From positions 2,176 to 66,175 of the IMG/VR virus record IMGVR_UViG_3300028591_000204: a DNA stretch of 64,000 nucleotides; one strand, 5' to 3'. Within the stretch, counting starts at the first letter, position 1. Every line of letters starts with the position of its first letter. This stretch comes from a virus. Taxonomy: Duplodnaviria; Caudoviricetes. Below, in pieces: positions 39,101 through 49,900 of this stretch. Made by a program: the position numbers and the translations under genes. The notes below the pieces were generated by a model. That model was given only the letters and a program-made list of their open reading frames with translations. It ran no database searches and was not told where the DNA came from.

Positions 39101-40559
39101 ACCTGGTACATCAACAAATTATTCTAAAGTAATAGCAAATAATGTTATTAATGGTACTAATACAACAACAACTCAAGAAACTATTTATTATAATGTTATT
39201 GCTATTGATGGTAGAGTAAATGATAGAACTTCATTCTTAGGTATTGGAGATAAAGATGCTGGTGTAATATATTATGGTGGTTGGTGGCCAAATATAGATG
39301 ATAAAGGAGGAGTTTCAAATAAGACAATTGAAGATAATATTTATGCTGTTTATAAATTAACTGGACAAGATGCTTCATTTGGAATATTCTCACAAAAACA
39401 TTCATTCTGGTCAGTAAATCTTAAAGGTAAAAAAACTGGATATTCACAAGATTTAGCACAAGCAAATGATATTGAATTTGTTGGTTTAAGTAGAACACAA
39501 TATACTAAAGCTAGCTCTGCTTCTTATTCTAATAAGATTACTATTGGAAAAAATGTATATATAGCTGGTACTTTTGGAAATGATTTTAATAATCTTCAAT
39601 ATAATTTAAATAATGCAGCTAAGCAATATTATACAAATAATAAAACTTCATTAAAATATAGTGTTAATAATATTACCAATAAAGTTGCTAATAATGTAAC
39701 TGGTATTAAGATTAAATCTGTATCAGTATCTCCTGATGCATTCTATGTAACTCCTACAGTAAATTATACTTCTAGTGGTTCATGGCAATCAACTGGTGGA
39801 GAAAAAGATCATGATAATGAATCAAAGAAGAAGTATACATTTGGTAATGCAAGAATAGTTGGTGTAAGTATTCCTAAATGGGATGACTTTGCTATGAATA
39901 TAACATTTACTATTGCTCAAGGAAGTGAAACATATATACCAGATAATACAAGTCTTATTGAATTAACTGGTTCATCAGCTGGTAGAAGTAATATTATATT
40001 CTTACAAGGAAGTAAGAGTTATGAATATAGTCAATTCTATAATAATCTTCAAATTGAATGCTCTACTTGGAAGAGTAATACATGTACAGTAACATTTAAA
40101 TTATCAAATCCATATAGTTTAAATGAAACACCTGGACTTGAAACTAAAGAATATTTCTATAATAGTAATACAAATAAGTTAGATGTTGTATATGTAGATC
40201 AAGAATTATTATTTGATGGTAAGAAGAATAGAAATTATATTAAATCTAATGTACCATTATTAAGTAATATAACTAGTATTAAATTCTGGTTAGGTGTAAC
40301 TTCTAATGATCTTACACTTGAAAAGACATTTATTTCATCATTATCTTCAATTGGTACAGAAGTATTATTAAATGGTAAATATGATGCTGGTTGTGGTAAA
40401 TCTATTAATGTAGTTAATGCTAATTATAATACATCTAGTTCAGTAGATTTAACAAATTCAAATTTAAATAAAAACAAACCTACAACTACTACTTCAACAA
40501 ATGCCTTAACAGATAAACTTAAAAAAGATTTTAATAACACATTAAATAAATTAAATTAA
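36159..40559 (+). CDS. Fibre-like paralog family member 3 (long, 1466 aa)
   Basis: Same N-terminal domain, repeats and coiled coil, plus a long unique C-terminal extension. Confidence 0.65.
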   Translation: MKTQLGNTTKSFGKDYNISVSNIGGDGVLMAYSYLRENTIIIDSKVDSNFEDLGSYSLFVTDSNGNPVRLTYTIQPGNGLYADPADTDVLRMVIDQSSIMANDGDEIYVNKHNIIDNNTLTVNSVEDTEAKRGRIAVVTANLDKASNSRWGITKADEVTTYINPEYEIDEETGERKIDPETGAYVLIPTGVICVNTQNLDTVDDTLNRDGIVRHSSEMFRTIEAKDGKLNVLTYNLDKASYTDYGVIKTDNVTIQADDNGVVSVLTAGLDHSNKSNYGISKGDEVTINSVDGILTVNTRNLSYATYTQPGIVIVDSYSMTVNDGKIEVNRYNEIESILDRNNPEHDLFRSDIEDLKNRVSKLETAALQEVIEFLIPVGDPETSLPQPIFDRETWTVNHYSNRKTISFSIKTNCKFNVNVEYKNGTNDYSQVELINVRYGDEDTIPSNQLANTIFNATGNTIKTLYFTFAVKNYDKDDNLASINTQAIISAASINDSSIKQTQFHIFKCWNNKAFEEDKPVPPEIPEEIIIPESYLVAHPGTERLQIYGNSYKDATLAYNKTASNNVFFNTYINATYTYCEYDSTNKEYVWSYEEQELNQSSIISDNGSYNIQIRYNEIKDGVVSESYRSLDWLTTSITATYNTTRQFNVLNINSTKPLTEFSRSAYITCYLSTVDIDSVTPSFKQEFKEEVIDKLNVQELDLSSIKIDRNDIIPQQDITGFYKKELQVIENLNNLLDGKITNETSGKASATLNAIKEKVASGITLSTVNTRAVSNVTSEEVDANLKVLEITQPTIKNAKKNFTNLTNSVVEKPAFTSVLENDIKEYSTLKKDFDLFCADAKITEEPKIYKQNDYITYYSYVEKLNKYAGKIMNEYNNFVDVSIKHKEEIITVPTANVSYITFKYTETMDIVQPIINVSSSINSSDNGIKFTVTRNENSLLKNKENYAVKIYYHYINKSGELVNPDGTVLKTSTNPEVAELKPGTSTNYSKVIANNVINGTNTTTTQETIYYNVIAIDGRVNDRTSFLGIGDKDAGVIYYGGWWPNIDDKGGVSNKTIEDNIYAVYKLTGQDASFGIFSQKHSFWSVNLKGKKTGYSQDLAQANDIEFVGLSRTQYTKASSASYSNKITIGKNVYIAGTFGNDFNNLQYNLNNAAKQYYTNNKTSLKYSVNNITNKVANNVTGIKIKSVSVSPDAFYVTPTVNYTSSGSWQSTGGEKDHDNESKKKYTFGNARIVGVSIPKWDDFAMNITFTIAQGSETYIPDNTSLIELTGSSAGRSNIIFLQGSKSYEYSQFYNNLQIECSTWKSNTCTVTFKLSNPYSLNETPGLETKEYFYNSNTNKLDVVYVDQELLFDGKKNRNYIKSNVPLLSNITSIKFWLGVTSNDLTLEKTFISSLSSIGTEVLLNGKYDAGCGKSINVVNANYNTSSSVDLTNSNLNKNKPTTTTSTNALTDKLKKDFNNTLNKLN

Positions 40560-40573
40560 TTCTAGAATAATAT

Positions 40574-42031
40574 ATGTCTAAATTAGGGTATATACAAAAT
40601 TCCTATGGTAAACAATTTAACATAGGTATTTCAAATACATATGGAACTAATATATTATCTGGAATTAATCTTCCAGCTAATACATTAATTATTTCTTCTC
40701 CTATAGATGAAGATAATAATGATATTGGCTCATATTCTATTTTTGTAACAGATAGTTTAGGAAATCCAGTTAGATTGACATATACTATTTCTCAAGGTAA
40801 TGGTTTAAATTATTCTCAAGAAATTGATTCATTAAAATTAGATATCGATAATGATACTATCATTGAACAAAATCATCAATTAACTGCTAATATTTCAAAT
40901 CTTATTGATAATTATACAATAAAGTATGAGAATGATAAAATTGATATTGATTTAAATAATATTAATAAATCATCAGAATATAATAGAGGATTATTTAAAA
41001 TTGATGATAATACAATTAAATCTGATAATGGTAAAATTTATGTTGATACTGATAATTTAAAATATGTTAATAAAAATACTTCTTATGGTATTTGTATTGG
41101 AGATGGAAATACTATTATTTCAAAACAAGGAGTATTATCAATAAATCAAGATAATTTAAGTATTGCTAATAATGATCAATATGGTATTGTAAGTGGAGTA
41201 AGTGATAGTATAAATTTTGAAGATGGTGTTATTAGTGTAATTACTGATAATTTAGATAAATGTTCAGCGGATAAAAGTGGAGTAATATCAATTGATAATT
41301 CAACAATTAAATTAAATTCATATAATCAATTAACTATAGATACTGAGAATTTAAATAAATTATCATTGACTAATAAAGGAGTATTTAAATATGATGATAA
41401 TGTATTTAATATTGAAAATAATTCTTTAACAATAAAGGATAATGAAAAATTTATAAATAAAATATCTACAATAAAAAGTAAAGAAGATATTTTAAAAGAT
41501 AAAATAAATAATATAAATCAATTATTAGATACATATAAAGTTGGTATTATTAAACCAATGATTTTAGATTTTCATTGTTGTGATGTTACTACAGCAGTTC
41601 TTGAAAAACCAGATGCTTTAAATGAACAAATCTATGAAATGAATTTCCAATATATTAGTGTTGATTTTATAATAGCAACTAATTGTCCATTTATTATAAG
41701 TGTTAAATTTGAAGATAATATAGATCCACAAGTATCTCTTTATGAGATTAATTATGATAATAAACATATTTATCATGGAAATAATGGTCTTATAGAAATT
41801 TATCAGACAACTGAAGAACAGAAGATACTTATTAAATTTACATTTATTGCAAAGAATTATTATAAAGATAATCCTAAAGATTTTTCAAATAAAGTTAAGA
41901 TAAAGATTACAGTTTCTTATTTGAATGATTCTACAATTAATAAATCAATATTATATTCAATAGTAAGATTTAATTCTGGATATAATGAAGAAATTGTATA
42001 TGATGAAACTAATATTGAAAACTTAATATAA
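40574..42031 (+). CDS. Fibre-like paralog family member 4
   Basis: Same architecture as 27340-28851, including the C-terminal domain (QYISVDFIIATNC vs QYVSVMFNIITTC). Confidence 0.65.
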   Translation: MSKLGYIQNSYGKQFNIGISNTYGTNILSGINLPANTLIISSPIDEDNNDIGSYSIFVTDSLGNPVRLTYTISQGNGLNYSQEIDSLKLDIDNDTIIEQNHQLTANISNLIDNYTIKYENDKIDIDLNNINKSSEYNRGLFKIDDNTIKSDNGKIYVDTDNLKYVNKNTSYGICIGDGNTIISKQGVLSINQDNLSIANNDQYGIVSGVSDSINFEDGVISVITDNLDKCSADKSGVISIDNSTIKLNSYNQLTIDTENLNKLSLTNKGVFKYDDNVFNIENNSLTIKDNEKFINKISTIKSKEDILKDKINNINQLLDTYKVGIIKPMILDFHCCDVTTAVLEKPDALNEQIYEMNFQYISVDFIIATNCPFIISVKFEDNIDPQVSLYEINYDNKHIYHGNNGLIEIYQTTEEQKILIKFTFIAKNYYKDNPKDFSNKVKIKITVSYLNDSTINKSILYSIVRFNSGYNEEIVYDETNIENLI

Positions 42032-42066
42032 AAAATCACCGATTAATATCGGTGATTTTTATTTTT
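42031..42066. terminator. Bidirectional intrinsic terminator
   Basis: Perfect 13 bp stem AAAAATCACCGAT/ATCGGTGATTTTT between convergent operons. Confidence 0.85.
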
Positions 42067-44243
42067 TAGAAACCAAGACCAGCGAGACTTCGTTTAACTG
42101 TACCTTCAAGAAGTTTACCAACCCAAGTATTACTTTTTATATCTGCTCCATCAGTAGCAAAAATATTATTTGAATTCATCATTCCGTTTGCATGCCAATC
42201 AAGAGTAAATGTATTAGGTTTAGCTAATGAATAATCTAATTCTTTAGTTTCAATATTATTTTCCTTAAATTGATTAGATCTAGGTATTTTTTGTATATTA
42301 GTTATATTATTTTTTACAAATAAATTTACATGAGCTAAATCTTCATCAATTTCTTTATATTCTAATGTTTCATTAAATTCATTTAAATCAGCCATATCTC
42401 TTGGTATTTCAAATTTCCAAGGAATATCTTCATCATATTTTGATATATTATATTCTTTAAATTCATTTTCAAATGCAAAAGATAAAGGAATATCAGATAA
42501 TGTATTATTTAATGAACCATTTTTTATTCTAGCTAATTTTTCATTAAAATAATCTGATTTAAATTTTTGTCCATTTAAATTTACTAAACCAAAATCATAA
42601 TCATAAAGATTACCATTAATAGTACCCTCAGATATTCTATTTAATTTTTTATCAAAATATCTAGATGATGGACCAAAATTATAATCATATAAATTACCAT
42701 TAATAGTACCTTTAGATAATCTTCTTAATTTTTCTTCAAGATAAGCAGTATTTACTTTTTTACCATTTTTTATAAATGTAGAATAATTATAAGCATAAAT
42801 ATTACCTTTAAGAGTACCAGTTTTTAATTCTTTTAATTTATATTCTAAATATGGAGTATTTAATCTAAAACCATTATAATATGATCTCATATAATCATAA
42901 TCATATAAGTTACCACCTATAGTACCTTCATGTAATCTTCTTAATTTTTCTTCAAAATATTTAGTATTTATTCTTTCACCATTTTCAATTGTTCTTATAA
43001 AATCATAATTATAAATATTACCTTTTTTAATACCTCCTTGTTTAGAGTATTTTAATTTTTCTTGATAATATTTAGACTTTATTTTAGTATGGTTTTCAAA
43101 AAGATTTTGATTACCTCTACCATATTTATCATGAGCTTCAATATAATAAGTTTGATAATCATTATCAATATCAGCTGCTATTTTATCAAATCTATCTCTA
43201 ACTCCATTTTCTGTAGTAAAATCATATAAACCATTTTGTCCAATAATAAGATGTTCATATTCATTTAATCTTGTTTCATAAACTCTATCATAATTTATCT
43301 TTATTTGATTTTTACCAAGATTAAATAAATTTTCATTTGTAGGAGCATCATTAAATTCATTTAAACTATTTACATCAAATTCACAATTTTGAAAAGTTAA
43401 TAATTTAAATGACATTATATCACCTTTATTATCAAAATCAATTTCTTTATCTTTAAATTCTACACCAGATTTTGTAGTAAATTTTTCTTGGAATTTTTTA
43501 TATGGTATATGACAGAATATAATTTGCATTTCAAATTTTCTAAGATTTGCAGGGATTATTTCTTTATTTTTTATAGTATTATAACAAGCAAATTTATATA
43601 AATCAAATAATGTACCAAGACGCATATCAATAGAATCTTCCATACATTCAATTTCAATTGATTTTTCTCCAAAATCATCATTATTTACATATGAACCTTT
43701 AATATTATTTAATCCATTAACTGTTTTAAAAAACCAAGGAGTTTTAGTAGATATATGTGCAAGAGACATTACAAAATCTTGTAAAGCTTCTTTCCTACTT
43801 GATAATAATTCTGAACTATATAAATTCATTTGTTCACATAATGATAAATAACCATATGCTGTATTAGTATTTCTATTAGAATTAAAAATACCTCCTAATA
43901 AACCATAGTTAGTATCAAAATTAAAGAATATTTTAAAATAAAAATGACCTTTAGAAACAAATGGATTTAACTGTTTTCTCCAATTATCTAAATCTTCAAA
44001 ATAATTATTTACAGAATATCTAGGAAATGAATTTAATATATTTAATGAATTAAAATCATTATCTTTATTAACACCATATTCCCAAATATCTGTATCTTTA
44101 GTTGATCTTTCAGCTTCTAAATTTAATCCTTCTATAGTTAATTTATCATCATCTAATCTACTATTAAAATCAGAATTAATTTCTCTAAAAGAATCAATAT
44201 CTCTAGAACTATTATATTCAAATGTATCTAATAAATCAGCCAT
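42066..44243 (-). CDS. Putative baseplate/tail-tube-related protein with internal repeats
   Basis: N-terminal domain loosely resembles tail-tube/baseplate folds (PWFFKTVNGL, IEIECMEDSIDMR, LRKFEMQI); six repeats follow. Located in the baseplate operon. Confidence 0.45.
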   Translation of the reverse strand: MADLLDTFEYNSSRDIDSFREINSDFNSRLDDDKLTIEGLNLEAERSTKDTDIWEYGVNKDNDFNSLNILNSFPRYSVNNYFEDLDNWRKQLNPFVSKGHFYFKIFFNFDTNYGLLGGIFNSNRNTNTAYGYLSLCEQMNLYSSELLSSRKEALQDFVMSLAHISTKTPWFFKTVNGLNNIKGSYVNNDDFGEKSIEIECMEDSIDMRLGTLFDLYKFACYNTIKNKEIIPANLRKFEMQIIFCHIPYKKFQEKFTTKSGVEFKDKEIDFDNKGDIMSFKLLTFQNCEFDVNSLNEFNDAPTNENLFNLGKNQIKINYDRVYETRLNEYEHLIIGQNGLYDFTTENGVRDRFDKIAADIDNDYQTYYIEAHDKYGRGNQNLFENHTKIKSKYYQEKLKYSKQGGIKKGNIYNYDFIRTIENGERINTKYFEEKLRRLHEGTIGGNLYDYDYMRSYYNGFRLNTPYLEYKLKELKTGTLKGNIYAYNYSTFIKNGKKVNTAYLEEKLRRLSKGTINGNLYDYNFGPSSRYFDKKLNRISEGTINGNLYDYDFGLVNLNGQKFKSDYFNEKLARIKNGSLNNTLSDIPLSFAFENEFKEYNISKYDEDIPWKFEIPRDMADLNEFNETLEYKEIDEDLAHVNLFVKNNITNIQKIPRSNQFKENNIETKELDYSLAKPNTFTLDWHANGMMNSNNIFATDGADIKSNTWVGKLLEGTVKRSLAGLGF

Positions 44244-44245
44244 AT

Positions 44246-44788
44246 TTATTCTCCATAAATTTTATTTTGAAGTTTATAACTAAAAGTATTCTTTAATGAC
44301 ATTAAATCATCATTATATTTTGTATCTTTATTAATATAATTTAAATCTTTCCAAATCTCTAATCCTGTATTCTTATTTCTAAATTTTACTTTACCATTAA
44401 CATAATCAATATAAATTACTTCAAAAGCATCTTTAACATTATCTTCATCTAAATAAATATCTTCAAATTCTTTAAATTTACTTAAATATTCATAATTATT
44501 CCAATAAGATGATAAATCAATAGTTTGTGTTTCAAAAGGATATTCTAAATTTCTAATCATTACTTTTGAAGATTTCCAAAATTCATTACCTTTTATTTCA
44601 ATAAATTCATGAGTATTAATATATTCATCATTATCAGCATTAATTGATTTAAGATATTCATTTAATGCTTCTGTATATAATTCTATATGAATATTATCAT
44701 ATTTATTTGAAACAAAATCTTTAAATTTTGTTTTAGATGAATTATATTCTAATTTATTATATTTATTAATACTATTACCTATTAACAT
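44246..44788 (-). CDS. Hypothetical protein
   Basis: 180 aa in the baseplate operon. Confidence 0.65.
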   Translation of the reverse strand: MLIGNSINKYNKLEYNSSKTKFKDFVSNKYDNIHIELYTEALNEYLKSINADNDEYINTHEFIEIKGNEFWKSSKVMIRNLEYPFETQTIDLSSYWNNYEYLSKFKEFEDIYLDEDNVKDAFEVIYIDYVNGKVKFRNKNTGLEIWKDLNYINKDTKYNDDLMSLKNTFSYKLQNKIYGE

Positions 44789-44790
44789 AA

Positions 44791-46347
44791 TTAAACTTCA
44801 GGTGGTAAATTTACTGATGTATATTTATTTAAAATATTATTACTAATACCTTTCTTAATTAAATATAAAACCTGTTCAAATTTTTGATATCCAGCATTAT
44901 ATATTAATTCCATACCATTTATATAATATAATCCAGATAATGATGGATTAGTTATACCATTATTTTCATCTGCTACCATTGCTCTTTGCTCGAATGTTTG
45001 TCCAGGTGCTTCAGTAGGAGTATCTTTATCAATTGTTGTGGCATTATTACCATTATTTATAATTGCTTGTTTATTAATAGCATTATATTCATTTATAATA
45101 ACTTCTACTAACATTCCTCTTTGAAGAGTATAGTTTGCATGAACTAATTTAACTTTTAATATTTTACTATTTAATTTATTAAAATAGTTTTTAATAATTT
45201 GTGCCTGATATAAATCACATACATCTTCTTCACTTTGTTTTACTCCAATAAATTCAATATTTTCATATTGATATTCTTCAAGACCTTGTAAACCATCAAT
45301 AGAATTTTCAAATACTTGTATTTGTTCTTGTGATATTGTATTTTGTTCACATGGAGAAGATAAGTAATAATATCTATTTAATGTACCTTTATTTAATATA
45401 TTTTCATTATTTACAATACTAAAATATTCTTGTATTTGTAAATTATGAGAACCAGATGTTTCTTTTGAATTTGTAATAATTCTATATACCTCTTCTAATT
45501 TTTGTTCTGGGACTTTATTATTTGGTAAATCAGTAACAACATCTCCTCCAATAACTTTTATTGATAATTGTTTAACATTTATTTCTTCTCCCATTATATA
45601 AGAAATATTTGCCATTACAAGATAACCAAAATTATCTATCCATACATCAAAAATACTATCTTCATCTAATCCAGCATATTCTAATTCATTTAAAAGATAA
45701 TTTTTATATGTATCAGAATATATTTGTCGCCAACGTTTATCTTCAATTTCTTTACATTTATCAGTAGCAGCAAAACCAAGTTTACAATCTTTTGCTATTT
45801 TTTCAAGCATCTCATAAGTTGAAAGTGGTTTATCACCAAGTTGAGTATATTTTACTTGCTTTAATTCATTACATTTATATTCACCATAATAAGTAACTGT
45901 ATCATCTTCATCAAATTTACAATCAGTAATATAAAAATCCATTGATATTTTTTTATTAGCACCGTCAACTGGAGCAGTCATTATTACAGTAATAACATTA
46001 TTCATTCCAGGAACATCAGTTGCCTGAATATTTTTATCTGGATCATCAATTTTAAGAACTATAGTAGGTAAAAAATCTTTTATATAAATAGTTAAATCAT
46101 ATACCTTTTGAGGCATTATAATTTTATTATTTACTTTAAGAATAGGAACTAATATACCATTTACTTTTAATGTACTTGTTGTATCTCCATTATCACCAAC
46201 TTCTGATTCATCATCATAATTATAAGGCATTACTACTGTACTAAATTTAAATTCAGGATCAAATACAACAATAGGATCTAAAGGATTTTTTGGTTCTATA
46301 AATTCTATTGATGTATTTTCAGCAGCAGTATTTGGATTTTGATTCAT
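44791..46347 (-). CDS. Baseplate hub-like protein (gp27/GpD-like)
   Basis: EMLEKIAKD...VWIDNFGYL...LQRGMLVEV...LSGLYYINGMELIY...EQVLYLIK follows the hub-protein pattern; adjacent to the gp53-like gene. Confidence 0.55.
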   Translation of the reverse strand: MNQNPNTAAENTSIEFIEPKNPLDPIVVFDPEFKFSTVVMPYNYDDESEVGDNGDTTSTLKVNGILVPILKVNNKIIMPQKVYDLTIYIKDFLPTIVLKIDDPDKNIQATDVPGMNNVITVIMTAPVDGANKKISMDFYITDCKFDEDDTVTYYGEYKCNELKQVKYTQLGDKPLSTYEMLEKIAKDCKLGFAATDKCKEIEDKRWRQIYSDTYKNYLLNELEYAGLDEDSIFDVWIDNFGYLVMANISYIMGEEINVKQLSIKVIGGDVVTDLPNNKVPEQKLEEVYRIITNSKETSGSHNLQIQEYFSIVNNENILNKGTLNRYYYLSSPCEQNTISQEQIQVFENSIDGLQGLEEYQYENIEFIGVKQSEEDVCDLYQAQIIKNYFNKLNSKILKVKLVHANYTLQRGMLVEVIINEYNAINKQAIINNGNNATTIDKDTPTEAPGQTFEQRAMVADENNGITNPSLSGLYYINGMELIYNAGYQKFEQVLYLIKKGISNNILNKYTSVNLPPEV

Positions 46348-46348
46348 A

Positions 46349-46855
46349 TTAATAAATTACTATTCCTAAATTTTTATCAATGTAATAATTCTTATCTTCT
46401 ACAGTTTGATCACCTGGTGAACGTCTTTCATTCTTTAATTTTTGTAGATTTTTCTTTTTCTTAGAAATTGTTTCTTTTGTTGTATCTGATATCTTTTTAT
46501 TTTTTCTTCCTGTTTTATATTCTTCAAGTAAATCATTTTCGGATTGAGAACCAAGTAATGATTTATTAATTTCATCAATATCTGGTAAATATAAAACCAT
46601 CCCTTTATTTAATTCAAATGGATTAGATATTCCATTTATCTTACAAATTACATCGCCATACTTATCATCGCCATATACAGCTAATGCTACTAAATCAGGT
46701 CTAGCAACATAATTTTCATCAATAAGTACTGGTCTTGCATTATTAAAATTAACACCATTAAATGTTTTACAAGACAAATCAATAAACTTAGTAGATTTAT
46801 TATCTTTATACTTTGTTAATATTGGTTTTTCTTCTAAGATAAGATAATCTAACAT
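46349..46855 (-). CDS. Baseplate wedge protein, LysM-like (T4 gp53 / tail protein X type)
   Basis: ARPDLVALAVYGDDKYGDVICKINGISNPF. Start moved to 46855 because the first 21 codons of the listed ORF overlap a terminator and the promoter motif. Confidence 0.75.
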   Translation of the reverse strand: MLDYLILEEKPILTKYKDNKSTKFIDLSCKTFNGVNFNNARPVLIDENYVARPDLVALAVYGDDKYGDVICKINGISNPFELNKGMVLYLPDIDEINKSLLGSQSENDLLEEYKTGRKNKKISDTTKETISKKKKNLQKLKNERRSPGDQTVEDKNYYIDKNLGIVIY

Positions 46856-46874
46856 TATTAAATAAATACCTTTA

Positions 46875-46888
46875 TATATATAAAAATA
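46875..46888 (-). promoter_or_regulatory. Class B motif upstream of the baseplate operon
   Basis: TATTTTTATATATA on the minus strand, 19 nt before the ATG at 46855. Confidence 0.6.
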
Positions 46889-46920
46889 AAAATGATTGAC
46901 AAATATTATGTCAATCATTT
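46882..46920 (-). terminator. Intrinsic terminator
   Basis: Perfect 12 bp stem AAATGATTGACA/TGTCAATCATTT, followed on the minus strand by a T-rich tract. Confidence 0.75.
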
Positions 46921-46944
46921 AATTATTTTAGTATTTTTTGTTTA

Positions 46945-49900
46945 TTAATCACCAGTCTGAACATCTCCAGATGATTGTTCTTCAACTTTAATATAAATTA
47001 TAATATCTTTTCTCTTATATACTCCATCTGGATCTCCATCAACAGTAACATTCATTTGATATTTTTGATTTTGTGTATCATTTACACCAATAACATTTAA
47101 TGAATATTTTTGTCCAACGTTATTTGATGTATCAAGTTTTGTAAAGTAATATAAATTAAAGAATTTATTTTCTTTATCAAGTGTTGCTTGTTGTGTTTCT
47201 CCACTAGTATTAATAAACCAATTATTATTCATATATAATGAATTTATTGATACATTTAAATAAGTATCTATAAAACTATTTTGAGCTTTTATTGAAGTTA
47301 ATCCATTATATAATTCAATCTTTAATGCATCAGTAGCAGAAGCAGCTAATGTATCAACTCCTTGAGTTGTACCTGTTCCAAATTCATTAGAAATAAATTG
47401 TATACTCCATCTTTCTGAAATTAATCCAGTTGATGATCCTGTATTGATTGTATTACTATTAGTTTTTGTTAATACTTTTGGATTAACTATATAATTTACT
47501 TTTCTAGGAGAATTTGTATCAACAGCTTCATATAAATCAATATCTAATAATTTCTTATTAATTTTAATATTAAATGTAGTATTACTATTATTATTTCTAG
47601 TATATCTTGAAGAGTTACCAATACTACAAGTTAATGCTAATGAAATAGAATCATTTGGAATTACTCCATATTCATAAGTATCATTAGTTTCATCATATTG
47701 TGTCTGACATAATAACTTATTTACAAATAATATTGAACCAGAAGAAGCATTACTAAATTTAGCTACTGTTGCTGTACCTGTATTTCCTGTAAAATTCTTA
47801 GGAATAATTACATCATTCTCTGGTTTAAATAAATAATTATTATTTTGTTTACCATTATCTGAATTATAAGCTATTGTTTTATAAGTATCTCCTTCATTAT
47901 AAATAACTATAAATTCTTCATTAGTATTTTTATTTTCTATAGCTACTTTAGTATCATCCCATCTTGATGAAATATCTGGATCACCAACACCATAGAAATC
48001 CCAATAAATTTTACCATCATTTCCCATTAATTCAATTTGAGATTCAAGATTAAGTAATCTATTTAAATAAATAGGAATTCTTGGAACTAAACTAAATGAA
48101 CAAGGTATTTCTGTATCATTACCAGTAATTAATGTATAATTAATAGCACCATCAAGATCATTATTTAACAATAAATTATATTGTCTTTCTTGACGAAGAA
48201 CTTTTAAGAAATAATATGCTTTACATGGAGTATATGAAATTGAACCAATACTTCCACTTTCAGATTTAATTTTAAATACTAAATAGAAATAATCACTATC
48301 AGCATTTACCCATTGTGGAGATTCTGATGTTCCAAGATTAAATATACCATTTTTATCACCATACATTGCTGTTGATGAAAGTATATTAAATACTTTTTGT
48401 TTACCAAAATCTCTTGTTAATTCTTCTGTTGGTATTAAGTATGAATCTTTATCATTTGTATTAACACTAAATTCATTAGTATTTAAATGACTATTTTCTG
48501 ATGGTTTAGATGCTGAAGTAATATTATTTAATACACTAATATTATAATATTTTTCAACATTATCATTTACATAATAGAATGATTTATCAGAATTTTCACC
48601 AACCTTTATTTTGTTATTTAATAAAACTTCAAGATCAGTAATTTCTGAATTAACATCTACTCTACCACTATCATTAGTTTCATCAATTAAAATACTTCTT
48701 TCACTAGTATCACTTTCTATTAAACCTAAATATTCTACACTAAATTCTGAACCACAATATGTTCTAATAAAATCATCAAATATAATTGCTGTTTGTGGAC
48801 CTGGTGATTGTTTACCACCTGTAGCAATAGAATTAATATAATCACCATATGATATTGTTCTTACACAATAGTTAATATTATTTGATGTAGCATTATTATA
48901 ATAATTACCATGTTCAGAATCATCTCCTTTAACCCAATCTGTACCATATTCTACACCATTACCAAAATCATATGTTCCATTTGGCATTCTTCTATAAAGA
49001 GACATATTTCTAGAATTTGAATCAAGGAAATAAATATGATTTTCTACTTCTTTCTTTAATTTAACTTTAAATGATACAATAGTAGGAGTTATTTGTCTTG
49101 AAACATTATCATCTTTATAATAGAAAATACAATAAATATTAAATTCTTTATCGCTATTAGTTGTTTGAATAGGAGGAATATAATAATATTTATTATTTTC
49201 ATATACTATTTTACCATATTCTGGAGATTCACATTTTGAAAATTCTCTACCACTAAGAGTATAATTACTATCATTTGCAATAAAGAAATATGGATATATA
49301 CCATATTCTTGACCATATTGTAAATTAAATGTAATTTCTTTTTTAGAAGATTCATCATTTATATAATATGGCATTGCAATTTCATTAGCATTAGTATATA
49401 TTTTACCAATTTTTGTTGTACTAATTGCTAAATCACTTGGATCACCAGAAATTACTTCAACATTTCCAAATTTAACTGAAGAAACAGTATTATTTGTTTT
49501 TTCAATTGTTAAATGGATTTGAATTTCTGTACCTGTAAATGATTGTCCTGTAGCAGAATCACTTTCACCAGCATGATTAATTGTAAAATCAATAAATTTC
49601 TGGAATGGATCAAAATTACTAAGATTTGTAATATTTGATTTAATATCATTATACCAAGTTTCTATTGGTTTATAATTACCTGTACCAATAATATCCATAT
49701 CAATAGTAAAGAATTTCCATGATTCTCCACTCATTTCTATAGAATCAATATTTAATCTATCAATAGAATTTATAATAGCAGTATTATCAATAGCATTTGA
49801 AATTACTGTCATTTCTCCAGGGTTATTTGATGCAATAACACTAAATATATGATTATCTAATGATAAATTTTTATAATAATTATAAACAGTATCATTTGAT

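Noticed and set aside
46856-46918. N-terminal 21 codons of the 189 aa ORF
   Set aside because: They run through a terminator hairpin and the class B motif; the ATG at 46855 fits the usual 19 nt spacing.
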